DNA of 64,000 nucleotides from Felis catus (lineage: Eukaryota): the NCBI RefSeq assembly GCF_018350175.1, contig NC_058373.1:112160001-112224000 (forward strand). The letters run 5' to 3'. Below are positions 13,065 through 25,679 of this stretch, piece by piece. Position numbers and translations under genes: made by a program. Within the stretch, counting starts at the first letter, position 1; every line of letters starts with the position of its first letter. The notes under the pieces were generated by a model. It saw only the letters and a list, made by a program, of their open reading frames with translations. It was not told the origin of the DNA and searched no databases.

Positions 13065-13325
13065 CAATAGTAATAATAACAAACTCTTATATAAGCATTA
13101 ATATGTGCCAGGTACTCATCAAAGCACTTAACATGTATTGTCTCACTTAATCCTCACAACCCTGTTAGGTAGATGCTCTCATTAACTTTGTTTTACAGAC
13201 AAGTAAAGTGAGGCTCAGAAAGGTTAGTAACTTGCCCAAGGTCACACAGCTAGAGGGCAGTAGATGCAGACTCCACTTTATATGCTCTGGTTCTGAGTTC
13301 CTGCTCTTTGCACTATGCTATGCTG
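13065..13325 (-). mobile_element. MIR, near full length
   Basis: TGTGCCAGGTAC...AATCCTCACAAC...TGAGGCTCAGAAAGGTTAGTAACTTGCCCAAGGTCACACAGCT. Confidence 0.9.
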
Positions 13326-13739
13326 CCTCAAATTATAGGATAAATGTATCCATTAATAAGATTCCTCTCATCAAAAGTGTCATAGAATCCACCTGGAAAC
13401 CCAGAATTTTATAATAAAGATAATAACGGTAACAAGAACAAGAAAGGTAACAAGAAACATTTACTGAGGGCTTACCATGTGCCACATACAGGTGTTATCA
13501 TTATTTCTCATTTTGGGGGTTAGGTAGTTGCCCCCAAATCCAAGAGCTTAGTAACTGTCAGTCAGGAACTGAACAGATGCACCCTGACTCCTAAGTCATC
13601 TTGGTCTATTTCTCCATCTTACTTCCACAAACGTGAGGAACATGAGGCACAGAGGGGTGTAGTATGTTATGCAATAAAATAACCTGATTTAACTATTTTC
13701 AGAGGTAGTCTTTGAAAAGCTCACACCAATCTCCAAGTC

Positions 13740-14405
13740 TTCTGATCTCTCAGCCATGTGCTTCTTAAGGTAGCTGCCCCTCCTATGTTCCTTTTCAGTG
13801 AATGCCACCCCTCCATCACAGAAGTCCAAGTTCAACACCTAAAATCATTCCTAGCTCCTCTGTGATGCTCAGCCCTGCAGCCAATGTGTCATTATGGCCC
13901 ATTGAGTCTGCCACCAAACCCTTCTTGAATCTATACCCTTTGCCTATGGGATAAAGTCTACCTGCTTCCTAGAGCCACCTAAGGCCCTTCACCATCTTAC
14001 CTCAACTTTCTTTGCCAATATCGCACCACCACCACAACTGACTCTCACACACATACACTGTGCATTGTTCTGTAGTCATGCTAAGCCACATAAAAGCCAT
14101 GCTTCTTCACACCAATGGCTTTTGCAAACACTGTTCTCTTTGCAGGCAATACCCTTTCCCAAACTCTCCATTTTGTAAACTTCTATAAACCTTTAAAGCC
14201 TTCTTTGTTTAACCAGGCAGTCACTGTTTCCTTGGTACTCCCAAGTCATTTTTATAGTATTTATCAGTCTGTGTTGTCATGTCTTATCAGACTATAAAAT
14301 CTAGGAGGGTGAGAATTTTGTCTTCAATGACTTTGCATCTCTAACACCTAGTACCATGTTGCTTCATACTAATGATTTAATAACAGAAATTTGAATTAAA
14401 TTGAA
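13740..14405 (+). mobile_element. L2 3' fragment
   Basis: TTCAGTGAATGCCACC...GGATAAAGTC...GGCTTTTGCAAACACTGTTC...AATTTGAATTAAATTGAA. Confidence 0.65.
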
Positions 14406-15018
14406 CTTTTCTCACACAACAGCTAACCCTATAGGTCTACTCAAAGTGGGATCCAACATTTAGGCTCTATGTGACTAGTATTTGAATAATATTTTAAATG
14501 AATCTCCTTTGTGTTTGGTGATTATTTACAATAATGTGGAACTTTCTTTCCTTTCCCACCTAACCAATATAACGAAAGTCAACTCTACCAATCTTCTAAA
14601 ATCTGTGGGAGTTCAGAGATACAAAATATTTTGCAACCACGTGTTATTTATTTAGGCATGCCCAACATGGAGATACTATATTAAGGTAATTTTACTCTCT
14701 TCGTATAAAACAGATAATCCATGAAAAATCAGAGTCACATTGAGTAGTATAAAGAAAAAAATGTAAAATCCTTTTTCAACAATTACAATGGAAGTATAAA
14801 TACTCCAGTATGAAAGTTTAAATTGGCCTTGGAATTCCAAATAAATTAATACATACATTAAAAAAAAAACGGGATGTATTTCCTTATCAGTTTACAGAAG
14901 ATAAATAGCAGAAGGAGTTGATAGTGTTTCACATTTAGAGATGTTAAGGCCCTAAACATTTTTTTAACTCATCTTTCCTCCCAATTCTGGGTGTCAAGAT
15001 CATATAGCTACCTATTAA

Positions 15019-15237
15019 TTTTATTTTATTTTATTTTATTTTAATATTTAATTACTTTTGAGAGACAGAGAGAGACAGAGCACAAGCAGGGGAGAGGTAG
15101 AGAGAGAGGGGGACCAGAATCCAGAGCAGGTTCCAGGCTCTGACCTGTCTGCACAGAGCCCAACATGGGCTCGAACTCAGAAGCCATGACCTGAACCAAA
15201 GTCAAACGCTTAACCAACTGAGCCACCCAGGTGCCCC
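15019..15237 (-). mobile_element. CAN-SINE
   Basis: (TTTTA)n tail, (GA)n, and ...TTAACCAACTGAGCCACCCAGGTGCCCC. Confidence 0.95.
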
Positions 15238-15239
15238 TG

Positions 15240-15655
15240 CAGTAATCGTTTATGAGGGCTTACTGTGTGACAGACAAAATGCTAAGCATTTATTTGAATT
15301 ATCTCAGCCCTCATATCAGTACCATGAAGTGGGTGTTATCCTGTTTCCTCAACTGAGCTCTTCTTTTTTTTTTTTTTTTTTTTACATTTTAACATCTCTA
15401 AAATGGGTGAATTTTGCAATCACTGTTGTGTCACAGTTTGATTAGAAGCATTTTTTTCTTCCTTAGTTGTACATAAAATAATGGTGACATCCTAGATCTA
15501 AGAAAATACAGTTTCAGCCCCATTTCTGCAGGTGAGGAAACTTAAACTCAGAGAAGGAGCTTGTCTAAGATCAAAAAGCTAGTGAATGGCAGGGCCAGGA
15601 TTTGAACCCAGACAGTTTAACGCTAAACTCACATGCTCATGCTCAACTATCCACA
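15240..15655 (-). mobile_element. MIR split by a MER104-like insertion
   Basis: TTTATGAGGGCTTACTGTG...GTTATC, then resumes CCCCATTTCTGCAGGTGAGGAAAC...GGATTTGAACCCAG. Confidence 0.75.
15340..15511 (+). mobile_element. MER104-like Tc2/mariner non-autonomous DNA transposon
   Basis: ACATTTTAACATCTCT...TGTCACAGTTTGATT...TTAGTTGTACATAAAATAATGGTG...AAATACAG matches my recall of the MER104 consensus. Confidence 0.7.
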
Positions 15656-16351
15656 GTACCACCTTGACGTAATCTGCACTCACAGAATCTGACTTGCCAG
15701 TGTGGTAACGGATGTTCTACATTGGCCCTAGAAGGCAGCAGTCTCTTTGGTTGCCAGGGCCACTGGGAAGAATGATGTATGATGAGTGAATGAAAAATCG
15801 AGTTTCACTTAACAAGTGGCCTTTGATTTCTCTGGGGCTCCTGCAGTGATACAAAGCATCTATCAGTAGGAAAGGCCTGTGGGAAATGCTCATTCTTCCT
15901 AGAAGCTGAAGTTGGGTTGCAACATCCTCTAGGGGTGCCCTGGGGTCATCCCCTGGTTCTGCATCTCCCTCTTACACAGGCAGCCGTGTGAGAACTCACC
16001 TCTGATTAGATCGTCACCTGCTGTGAACTTATTCTATTTCCTAACATAAAGCCTGATTTTTCTCTAAATTGTGAAAACCCTTCTAAGACCGTAATTAAGT
16101 TTCCATTATTGGTTGTATTCTAAAAAACAAATTTGGCAAGGCTTAGACTTGACAATAACAACATAGATATGTATTTTTCATTAATGAGAATCAGAATGAA
16201 GTTGTATGCAAGAATTGGAATGTGTCAGCTGCTGAGAGAGAGAGGCAGTTGATTTGGAGAGCAGTGTGACTAATTAGGTTTTCTTTTGTGAAGGAATTAG
16301 TTTGTATTGATTCATTTATGTCTGATGTAACTCAGTAGTCCTCCCCTTGCT

Positions 16352-16370
16352 GGGGGTGGGAGGGGTGGGG
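16352..16370 (+). other. Canonical G-quadruplex motif
   Basis: GGGGG-T-GGG-A-GGGG-T-GGGG, all 1-nt loops. Confidence 0.7.
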
Positions 16371-17165
16371 AATGCCTGCCTGGACTAGTAAGTGATGATA
16401 AGAAGCTGGCAGAGCAGCTCTGCTCTTTGGGGCTGTGTGTACCTCTCAGCTGAATCAACTATGCAGGGCCAGGATGACCAGGTCACCCTCATGGGTGTCC
16501 ATTCCCTGCTTAGACACAGGCCAACCCTGTAAACTATCCCTGCTGGCTGGATATGAAAGCCCTAGCACCAGGTTGCCCTGGAAAATCACTAGACAGAGCC
16601 CAGACTCTAAGCGATAAGAGCTTATACTTTCTTGATTCAATAAACCAAACAAAACAGGGACCTGTCCTATTTCTCATGCAGGAAAAACCTCACTCCCCCT
16701 CTGTATTCAGGCCTTTACTATCATTTCCATCTCATGTGGGATAGTCTCTCTAGTGAACTTGGCACTAGAGTTAATGGATCAAACAAACAAACAAACAAAC
16801 AAACAAAAACCATGCAGGCAAATCATCCAGGGCAACTTTCAGCATGGATAGTATTTTTCAGAGAGAAAGTACTATGAATTTCAAATACGGTTTTGTAACT
16901 AGCTAGCTATAGGTGCTTGGTCAAGTGACTGAACTTCTCTGGGCCAATGTTTCTTTATTTGTGAAATTTCCTATATAAAATTATACCAGTAAATTTATCA
17001 TCCCCAGAGCCCATGCAGAGCATTTGTCCCAAGAGACTAATAGTTTGCACTAAGTTATCCACATTCTTTTGCCCAGAAACCTGTCTCCAATACACACCAA
17101 TACCAATACATAGACAGCAGTCTGAATTTCTACAGCCATAAAAATCCTTTATTTAAAAAAAAAAT

Positions 17166-17396
17166 GGGGCGCCTGGGTGGCTCAGTGAGTTAAACGTCCG
17201 ACTTTGGCTCAGGTCATGCTCTCATGGTTTGTGAGTTTGAGCCCCACATCAGGCTCCACATTGACAGCTCAGAGCCTGCTCTATCACCCTCTCTCTCTCT
17301 CTGCCCCTCCACCACTCATGCTCACTCTCTCTCACTCTCTTTCTCTCTCCCGCTCTCTACGTCTCTCAAAAAATAAATAAATAATTTTTTTTAAAA
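17166..17396 (+). mobile_element. CAN-SINE
   Basis: GGGGCGCCTGGGTGGCTCAG head, (CT)n, AAAAATAAATAAA tail. Confidence 0.95.
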
Positions 17397-17908
17397 GGCA
17401 GGCCTGGAGAGATTAGGTATAGTCGCATATAAGTAGTGGAAGTAAGATCAGCCAAGCCAGGTCTGCCCCAATCCCAGATTCACCTCATAGCCTGGAGGCG
17501 ATGGACCTGGGAGGGAGGGGTTCATGAAATAGTGAATCCCCCAGGACAGAAGAATGGAAACCATGTTTGGGCATCCCATGGGATTTGTGGAGAAATGGGG
17601 AGACATTTAGAGAAACTACCAGACACAGAAAGTGTAAACTTTCTAGTGCCAGATCATGTGGTAGACCAGGGGCAGCTTAAGGAAGCTGTCCTGGGAATGG
17701 AATGTCCGAAGAAGGCCAACCCTAGGTTGAAGTAACCAGAATGGCAGAGCATAGGAAAGGCTCTCAGTTGAGGTTCAAGTGAGCACCAAAAGAACAAATG
17801 CATGCCAACACTCAGGGAGCAGTCTTAGGACTCAAACAGAAAGGCCTTTGTCATCTCACTGACTACCACTCTGCTCTTGGCCATTGTAATTTCAAATAAG
17901 TAAGGATC

Positions 17909-18530
17909 TGTATCAATTAAAGTTCTTTGGTTGCAAACAACATAAACTGATTCAAGCTAATTTGAACAATAAAAAAGAAATTTGGGGAAGCACGTGGGCA
18001 AATCCACAAAAATTAAAGAAAAGCTGAACCTTAGACATTAGAACAGTCAGAAATAAGAATAGCCGGGCAATCTCAATAGCAAGATTATTGGATGGTCACC
18101 TCAAGTCACTCCTCCAACCACTTCCCATCCTTGGGTCAATCTGCTTAAGATTTAAATTCCTGAAGAGAGTATCTGATTGGCCTACTTTTTCATGTGCTAC
18201 GTGCACGCAGGCACAAGTGCACCCAGGAATGCACATGTGAAGAGAGAACCAATTTTAATTGGAAGTCTTAGCAAGTGTCATTTGCATTGTGGGAGGAGTC
18301 ATTATTGCCAGTAGGCAGAAACAGCGGATGTCTACTGAAGGGTTGTTCTGCAACAAGTCTAAGGGGGCAGATTCCTTTCCGGGAACTACCTGGAAAGTTT
18401 GCAGGAGCTACAGGTTATTCAGAGCTGAAAAGAAACCCATGCAAGCAAATAAGTGCTCAGGAATGAGAGAGGCTCATGAATCAGATATTCAGAACAGGAC
18501 AGATAGATATCAAGCCCGGACAGTGTGACA
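17909..18530 (-). mobile_element. Old MaLR LTR (MLT1K/L-like)
   Basis: TGTATCAATTAAAGTTCTTTGGTTGCAAACAACATAAACTGATTCAAGCTAA terminus and an internal ATCTGATTGGCC motif. Far boundary uncertain. Confidence 0.6.
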
Positions 18531-19304
18531 AAATTTCACCTCAGTCAAAATTATCTTAAATATTGTTTGTTTTCGTGAGGTTCATCCAGAACCTGAGTTA
18601 GCCTGGTGCCTCCAGAGAGAGAAATACAGTGAATATGAGCTGTTTAGGAGTTGGGTAATTGAAAATAACAGTAAGCCTTGCCAATGATAAGATAAAAAGC
18701 TGAACAATTAGTTCTGTCCTTGGAGAGTAGGTGGGCCCACAGCCAAACAGGACTGGAAGTATCTCTAGGAGCCTCTGGTTGTGCCCCAAACACAGTAACA
18801 GTTTCAAACACATACACACACACACACACACACCGCACCAGGGGTAAAACCAGGGAATAGATGTTGTTGCCTTCAGTCTCTCCCTACCTCTCTTCAAGGA
18901 CTTAGATTAGTGTCTTTGGCTTTCAAACTGTCCTCCATTCTTCTTTTATATATTAACAAATTCACACACAATGTGGTAGCATTTTAAAATCTATTATCTT
19001 TTAGTCCCACTATGGAATAAAATATATTAAAACATCATGAAAAGAGCTTTACTTAGTGTCAGGAGACTTGGGTTCATGAATCTAGGCTGGACACACATTA
19101 AGCTGGTGTCATTTTCACTCCCCATTACCACAGGCAACGTTCAGGGCAAGGAACAGTGCTTGCTCATCTTTCCCTCTCCTGGGCCATTCTCCTCCCTTAG
19201 GTTCAATACTGGTCCTAAGTTGCTCTACCTTACAACTAAATCACATCCATCTTTCACATCTGGCCCAAGTGAAGGCAGTGAGACATGAAGGAAAGGATCA
19301 AATT

Positions 19305-19485
19305 GCCCCAGTTCAAACCCCAGCTCTACCGTGATGAACTGGAAACCCTTAGACAAATTACTTCTCTGATGTTCTGTTTCATGATCTGTAAAATGAAAGT
19401 AATCGTACATCTCTTTCAAGAAGATCATGAAATAGTTTATGTACAAAGAAACGCCCACAGTAGGCACCTGATAGCTATTATCATT
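19305..19485 (+). mobile_element. MIR
   Basis: GTTCAAACCCCAGCTCT...ATCTGTAAAATG...AGCTATTATCATT. Confidence 0.7.
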
Positions 19486-19656
19486 ACTTCTTCCATAAAG
19501 CCTTCCCTGACCGACCCTTTCCAGAGCATATTCTTGTTTTTCTCCATACCTTTGGTGCAAATTCCCTGTATCATTTAGATAGTCATCAAGTGCTCTGAGA
19601 TGTTAAAATGGTACCTTTCTTCTAACACCTATATCAAAAATGTCCCCAATGTACTC

Positions 19657-19868
19657 TTTCTTTTTTAAGTTTATTTATTTATTTTGAGAAAGAGAGGACA
19701 TGAGTGGGGGAGGGGCAGAGAGAGAGAGGTAGAAAGAGAATCCCAAGCAGGTTCCATGCTGTCAGCACGAAGCCCGACTCAGGGGTCTCAAACTCATGAA
19801 CCCTGAGATCATGACCTAAGCTGAAATCAAGAGTCAGACACTTAACCGACTGACCACCCAGGGTCCCT
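19657..19868 (-). mobile_element. CAN-SINE
   Basis: T-rich tail, (GA)n, GAGATCATGACCTAAGCTGAAATCAAGAGTC. TSD-like TCCCCAATG on both sides. Confidence 0.95.
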
Positions 19869-19883
19869 CCCCAATGCCCTTTT

Positions 19884-19914
<31 letters not shown>

Positions 19915-21954
19915 ACCACCACCAACAACAACAAAATACAACGTATGATCTCGTGTACTCCTTTTCCAGGAAATGTCCTACTAACTCAACTCCCCATCAT
20001 CATTAAGTCCTATGACTTAGCAGCATGAATAAGATATTCAAAAAAAGACTATTTTGAGTAAGAAGTTTATAACTATATCCAAATATATCCAAATCTGTGC
20101 TCATTTTCCTTTCCAATTTAACCCAGAAATGTTTTTCATGCAGATATGCTTAATTTCTGAACCTCAGAACGAGCCCTTATTTCCCTACCCTTAGAGCTAG
20201 TCACTTCTTTTTCCTGCTATTAATCCTACCTGCACCATCCACAGCCTGGCAGTCTTTGTCCTAGTTGTTCACGTCATCCTCTGTCTCAGTTGTGCTCAGC
20301 ATCAGGATCTGTTAACCTAGGAAAAACACAGACGTGGGTGGGAATAAGAGCCAGGCTTTGTTAGAAACTCTGCCCACTCTTCCCCTTTCACACCTCCCCA
20401 GGCACCATAGCCCTCTAAGGAGCTACTGAATTTGGGTCTCATGTCATTCAATTTCATCAAAAGTCCAGCAACAGCTGCTTCATTTGAGTAAAAGTTCAGA
20501 GAATGAGAAAGTTGAGAGCACTAATATCAATTCAGCAAGCTCAAGCCAGAGACACAATCTAGCTTTAGTGGAAGAGATAAAAGGGCATGGCTGATGGCTT
20601 CCCTGGGTGGGAGAGAAATAAAGTCTGAAGGCTGTTTTTGCTGAGTGTGCTGGTTGTCAGGTGTCTGCAAACAAATCCCTAAAAATTGAGCAAGATCAAA
20701 GGACTCATCAAAGACCCATTCATCAAAGCTGGAACTCCACACAGTCTGGGTTACAAACCATGTCTTCTATCCACACCCAAGAGAATCTGCACAGGAGATA
20801 GCCTTCAGCCCTGCTTATTGGTGTAAATCAAATAATACTGAAAATGGGGAAGGGAGAAAAAGATAAATGCCAGGAAAATCAAGGTCTCTAAGAATTTTAT
20901 GGCCTTTTGAGACTCTTAAGAAAATCTCTACCTCCTTATTCCTTCTTTTCCTAGCAAGACTCTTGCTAGCACCAAAAACAGATTTATAGTTCTTAGTATT
21001 TGTAAGAGGTAACACATTGAATGCCAACAACGACAATGTACGATGTACAACTAAATCCAAACACTGTTCTGTGGGCTTACATTCAGAGGAGAGAAACCAC
21101 TGAAATATCAATGAGAAAAAAGACACAAATGGCCCTCAGGAGCAAGTAAATGTGAGTGTATTTACAGATATTTTCTTACTTTCCCCACCAGCTATGGGAG
21201 AGTATGAACTCTGTACCCAAGAGAGTGCCTTGCTTGTAGTAGGCACACGAAGAATTGGAAGAATTGCGCTTTGTTTTAGCTACTTTTGAATGTTGGGTGT
21301 AAACAGACAGAGTTTGCCCTGGTCACAGATGATAAACAAATAGGCAGAAAGGAAATGCCAGAAGCTACACCTATTCACGACGAAGGACAAAACCATGAAT
21401 GGCAAACAAACTTCACACTGCATTTTCTTGCAAAGCAGAATGCGTGCTATGAAGGATCAGGTTGCATACAGACTCATAGCAGATTCAGTATTGCAATTAA
21501 AGTTCATGGCTTTTTCCATATCATCTCCAAGGCCAAGTGCCAAGTGGAAAGGAACAATAGATGAAATGTTTCTCCCTAAAAGATCTTGGTGAAACAACAG
21601 ATGATGACTTTTATAGACTCAAGGTTATGAACCCAGATGTATTTTCCAGTTAGAACAGAAAAATAGAAATCAGTTTTGGACATTGCCAAGCATTGTGATG
21701 CCATTGCCAGATAAGTCTTGTCTTAATTTTAAAAGCATTTGAGAAATGGGATGCTTCTCTACAGTGTGGTTTCCTAGAACTTCTCATAGAACAAAACCAA
21801 ATGTTGAAGAATTTGAAAGAACCAAAAATCATACAGTCCAATTAAGGTTTCAAGTGAGAACTGTGTTCTCTCAAATGAAGTCTTTTCATGAGGAACCAGG
21901 ATCCTCATCTCCTACAATATTTGGGTCTTGGCTACTATTATCCTTGCTCTCCCA

Positions 21955-22330
21955 TGTGGTTTCTGACCCTTTTCCAGGAAGTAACAGCTGAATGCAAAAT
22001 TAGGATGAGAGTTTACTGTGGGGGCAGTCACACCTGGAAGACTGTTCCAGGGGGTAGTCCCTCCAGGAAATAAATCCACACACTTCAGTGACAACAGTGG
22101 GAAATGTTTTCAACAGACTTGCTACCCGGCCACCATTGGGGTAGGCTGGGGGTGTCACTGCCTGTCAGAGACAGAGCTTTTACTTTGGTTTCTTAGGAAA
22201 ATAGTACATGCCCTTTCTGCTTCCCACTGAGAGTGAATTACTCTTGCCTGTGCTCAAGCAGAGAGAGGCTGACTGGGCTGGGAGCACTCAGCTACAGCCT
22301 ATTAAACTGAAGTTGCCTTTAAAGTTGGTT
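21955..22330 (-). mobile_element. Possible ancient ERVL-type LTR fragment
   Basis: TTCCAGGAAGTAACAGCTGAA...GAGAGTTTACTGTGGGGGCAGTCACACCTG resembles an antisense ERVL LTR terminus. Weak. Confidence 0.35.
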
Positions 22331-24184
22331 AATGACAAGAAAAACTGTGTTTCCATCTATGTATATATCCAAGCTCAGACACAGGAGAAAAAACTTTGTG
22401 TGGAAAAATGCCTTCATTTTACAAATTTGAATGTTCCTGACTTGACATCTAAAAACTCTTAAAAACATCTTGAAAATTATTAAATCTATATTCTATGGTA
22501 ATTCAAATGCACGTCTGCTTGCTCACACACCCACAAACAAAATGACTTTCCTGAAGGTCAAACTCCACACAATAAAGTTAGGCAAAGAAGGCAACATACC
22601 TTTCCTCCCTCTCTTTATCATTATCATGGGTGGTTAGCATTTACACGGCACTGTGCTCTTGGCTGTTTTTCATAAGCATTCCTATCAGCTGGCCCTCGGC
22701 AGTAACCTTCCTTTAGAAGTCAGGTCAGAGAATGCTAGTTTGCAAATGAGACACAGAAGCCAAAGTATTTGCCTAGCATGTCAGATCAAGAAACAATGTC
22801 TGAGTATAGCCATCATATTCCCAATCCCAGGTGTGAATCACCTAGGTCGTTTATTCCAAAAAAATTTTCAGGCCAAATTGGTAGCAATTTTATTACTCGA
22901 TTTCTGATATCTTTCTCTTTATTCTCTATTGCAATCAGCTTTAGGTACTTCTAAGACAAATTTTCTGATATAAAATAACATTAATATAAAAAGACTACAT
23001 ACTTGGAATTACCCTCCTATCTTTCAGTCTTACAAAGCCTGGTTTTGTTCTTTATTTGTTTTAATGTTCAAAGACTATATCCATCCCTTAATTGTCCAAG
23101 TCAACTGACCTAATTATTGCTGTCATAGTTTTAACCACTGTTTAAGTATGTTAAATAACCAAGAGTTGGTAATTGTATATGTCCCTGTCACAGTTTTAAA
23201 AGACAAAGGAACAATTTCAACTTTCAATAATTTCTTATTAGCTTTCAATGGAAAGTAGAAACAGTGAAGAAAATGCAAAACAAACTCAACATCATGTGCC
23301 ATGATTTGTCAACTGTAACACACCATACGAATCTCTGTTGATGTTGATGATGAAGGGAATGGGGCAGGGAGGAGGAGAAGAAGGAGGCAATTGTCATTTC
23401 CATAAATAAGTACCAAGCGTCATTTCTGGTCCTTAGTTTCAATCACATAGACAATCAGCATTGGCTAATTCCAAACTGGTTTTGAAAATTTTAGAGTTAC
23501 AACATGGCTGGTAGCCTGATTTGGAAGTCTAAATTTCTGATGGAATATAAGCTGACCACATAACACATTTATTTTGTCGGAGTGATAGGATCTCAGTCAC
23601 TTACCCAGTTTTTGATCTTGGAACTTATCAAATGGCAGATAGATACATAATGCCATAAAATCAAACTGGAAATAACCTGGGACTAACATGTTCTTTTCTC
23701 AAGCAAAGGACGCTAAAAACATTTGGTTCCTTTTCAAAACCAGAACATTCAATAACCTGCAGTGATTTTAACTAGGTACAAAATGTGATCGTTTTGAACT
23801 CAGATTGTAATCCATTAAAGATTTCCTATTTGAAATTCTACAGCAGCCATAAAAATAAGCACTAACTTATATATTTTGGGCCTACAGAAAATCATACAAT
23901 AAACTAGAAATAGCTAACTCTGGTTTCTTTGTGTTATTCCCGGGTGTATCTGCACAGATAGGCTGTAAGTAGCATGAATGGGGTACCTTCACCCCATTCA
24001 GATGCCTTCCTTTCTGGTGCAACACCCATCCTACCATTACCTCCAAGTATTTCCTTAACTCATGCTGCTATCTCCCCTGTATGCACCACCACCACTGCTC
24101 ACGGTCTTTGCTATCTAGCTCAAGTCAGTGACTCTGAATTATTTGAAAACTGATCAACCAGCCACTTCTGAAACATTGGTAGTA

Positions 24185-24640
24185 AGGCTGTGTAGTATGC
24201 TGCAAGGGCCACAGTCTCTGGAGCCAGGCTGCCTGGGTTCAATCTCCCTTTGCCAGTTTCTTTTTCTTTTTCTTTTTTAATGTTTATTTCTTCATTTTGA
24301 GAAAGAGTGTGTGTGTGAGCAGGGGAGAGGCAGAGAGACGGAGAAAGCACAGAGCCCAACGTGGGGTTCATTCTCACAAACCAAACCATGAGACCATGAC
24401 CTGAGCTGAAATCATGAGTTGGATGCTTAATTGACTGAGCCACCCACGTGGCCCTCACCTTTGCCAGTTTCTAGCTATTTAACCTTGAGTAAGTTTTTAA
24501 ACTCTGTGTCTCAGTTTCCTCTGTAAAACAGGCATGATAAAATTGCCTCCCCACAGGCTGTTATAAGAATTGAATGCATGAATATATGTAAAATGTGTGG
24601 AGTATTACCTAGAATACAGTAAGATTTATACAAATTTCAT
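24185..24640 (+). mobile_element. MIR split by a CAN-SINE
   Basis: TCTGGAGCCAGGCTGCCTGGGTTCAATC, then after the SINE CTAGCTATTTAACCTTGAGTAAG...CTCAGTTTCCTCTGTAAAA. Confidence 0.85.
24262..24455 (-). mobile_element. CAN-SINE
   Basis: Antisense SINEC body. TSD CCTTTGCCAGTTTCT at 24247-24261 and 24458-24472. Confidence 0.95.
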
Positions 24641-25032
24641 TGTTAAGGGCAAATTTTGAAAAACCTCACTGTTGTCCTATTATAGTCTGAAAAAACCTCT
24701 GCCTGTCTCTGGTCTGACTGGTAGTTCTCTCAACACCCTGTGCCCCTGACAATTCTCTAACCCTCCTTACACACTGCAGATAGGACAACAGTCACCAGGC
24801 CCTCTAGTGCAAGCACTCCCTGGATTCTACCCATCCACCTGTCACTCATATATCACCCAACCAATCCCTTAGGCCACCACCACTCACTCACAAGTGTCCC
24901 CGTAATGGTTAGAGATCCAGGTGAAATTCTGTTGGACAATGAAGGAATAGGATTGTTAATGTCAGTAAGAGAACTAAAGCAATGCTTCTTGTCCGTATCC
25001 TGCTTGAATACTCCAGAGAGGAAATACCCTAG

Positions 25033-25566
25033 AACTAGACCTGCCATGTTTACTATTTATTCCTGGCTGCTATCTTCCTTCTGGCTCCTTCTAAGGAAAG
25101 AACACAAGCAGCAAATGTGATGTGAGCACCCTCAGAAACAGGCTCTTTTCCCAGAAATACTTCCCCATCAGTTCCTTCCATTGGAGGATTCCACATAGAC
25201 ATCCTACCCTCTCCTCCACCTTGGCAGAAACATCCATCCAGTTCTTCTCTAGCCAAACCCTGCTATTTACTTAGCTGCTGGATCTCCACTATTCCCTTTA
25301 AGGCTTTTACCTTCTCTGAAAAGCCCTAAATGGGCCCACTTCTTCCCAACATTTCCTGCAGGTAGAAATTTAAAGCCACATAGGAGTGGGAAGAAGCAGT
25401 TGCCAGCAGAGAAATTCTCTTGGGCAAGGTGGATTCTCACTTCACTACATTTCTGACCAGCCTGTTTCCGAGGGTGCTCACATCACACTTGCTGGGTGTG
25501 CTCTTTCCTTACAAGGAGCCAGAAGGAAGATAGCAGCCGGGAATAGTAAACATGGCAGGTCTAGTT
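25033..25566. repeat. Long inverted repeat: arms 25033-25144 and 25459-25566, spacer 314 bp
   Basis: Manual alignment of the left arm to the reverse complement of the right arm gives 7 substitutions and one 4-bp indel over 108 aligned columns. The ORF track shows near-identical peptides (PVSEGAHIT...GARRKIAA) on opposite strands. Confidence 0.97.
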
Positions 25567-25679
25567 TGAAAACTGACTTCAAGATGACTTTTTTTTTTTT
25601 TTCCAATGGCAAAGATTGGAGACCAGATACCAGCATGCAGAGTGCTAGCCCTTTACCACTTATAAAAAATTCAGTAACA

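Noticed and set aside
15722..15741. Further weak CTCF-like words (also ~31544, ~36251, ~40503)
   Set aside because: Each has mismatches at high-information core positions; not supportable without a matrix scan.
17166..17240. tRNA-like A/B boxes
   Set aside because: They belong to tRNA-derived SINE heads followed by (CT)n and an A tail, not tRNA genes.
18377..18385. STAT GAS motif TTCCGGGAA
   Set aside because: A single 9-mer inside an old LTR, with no supporting context.
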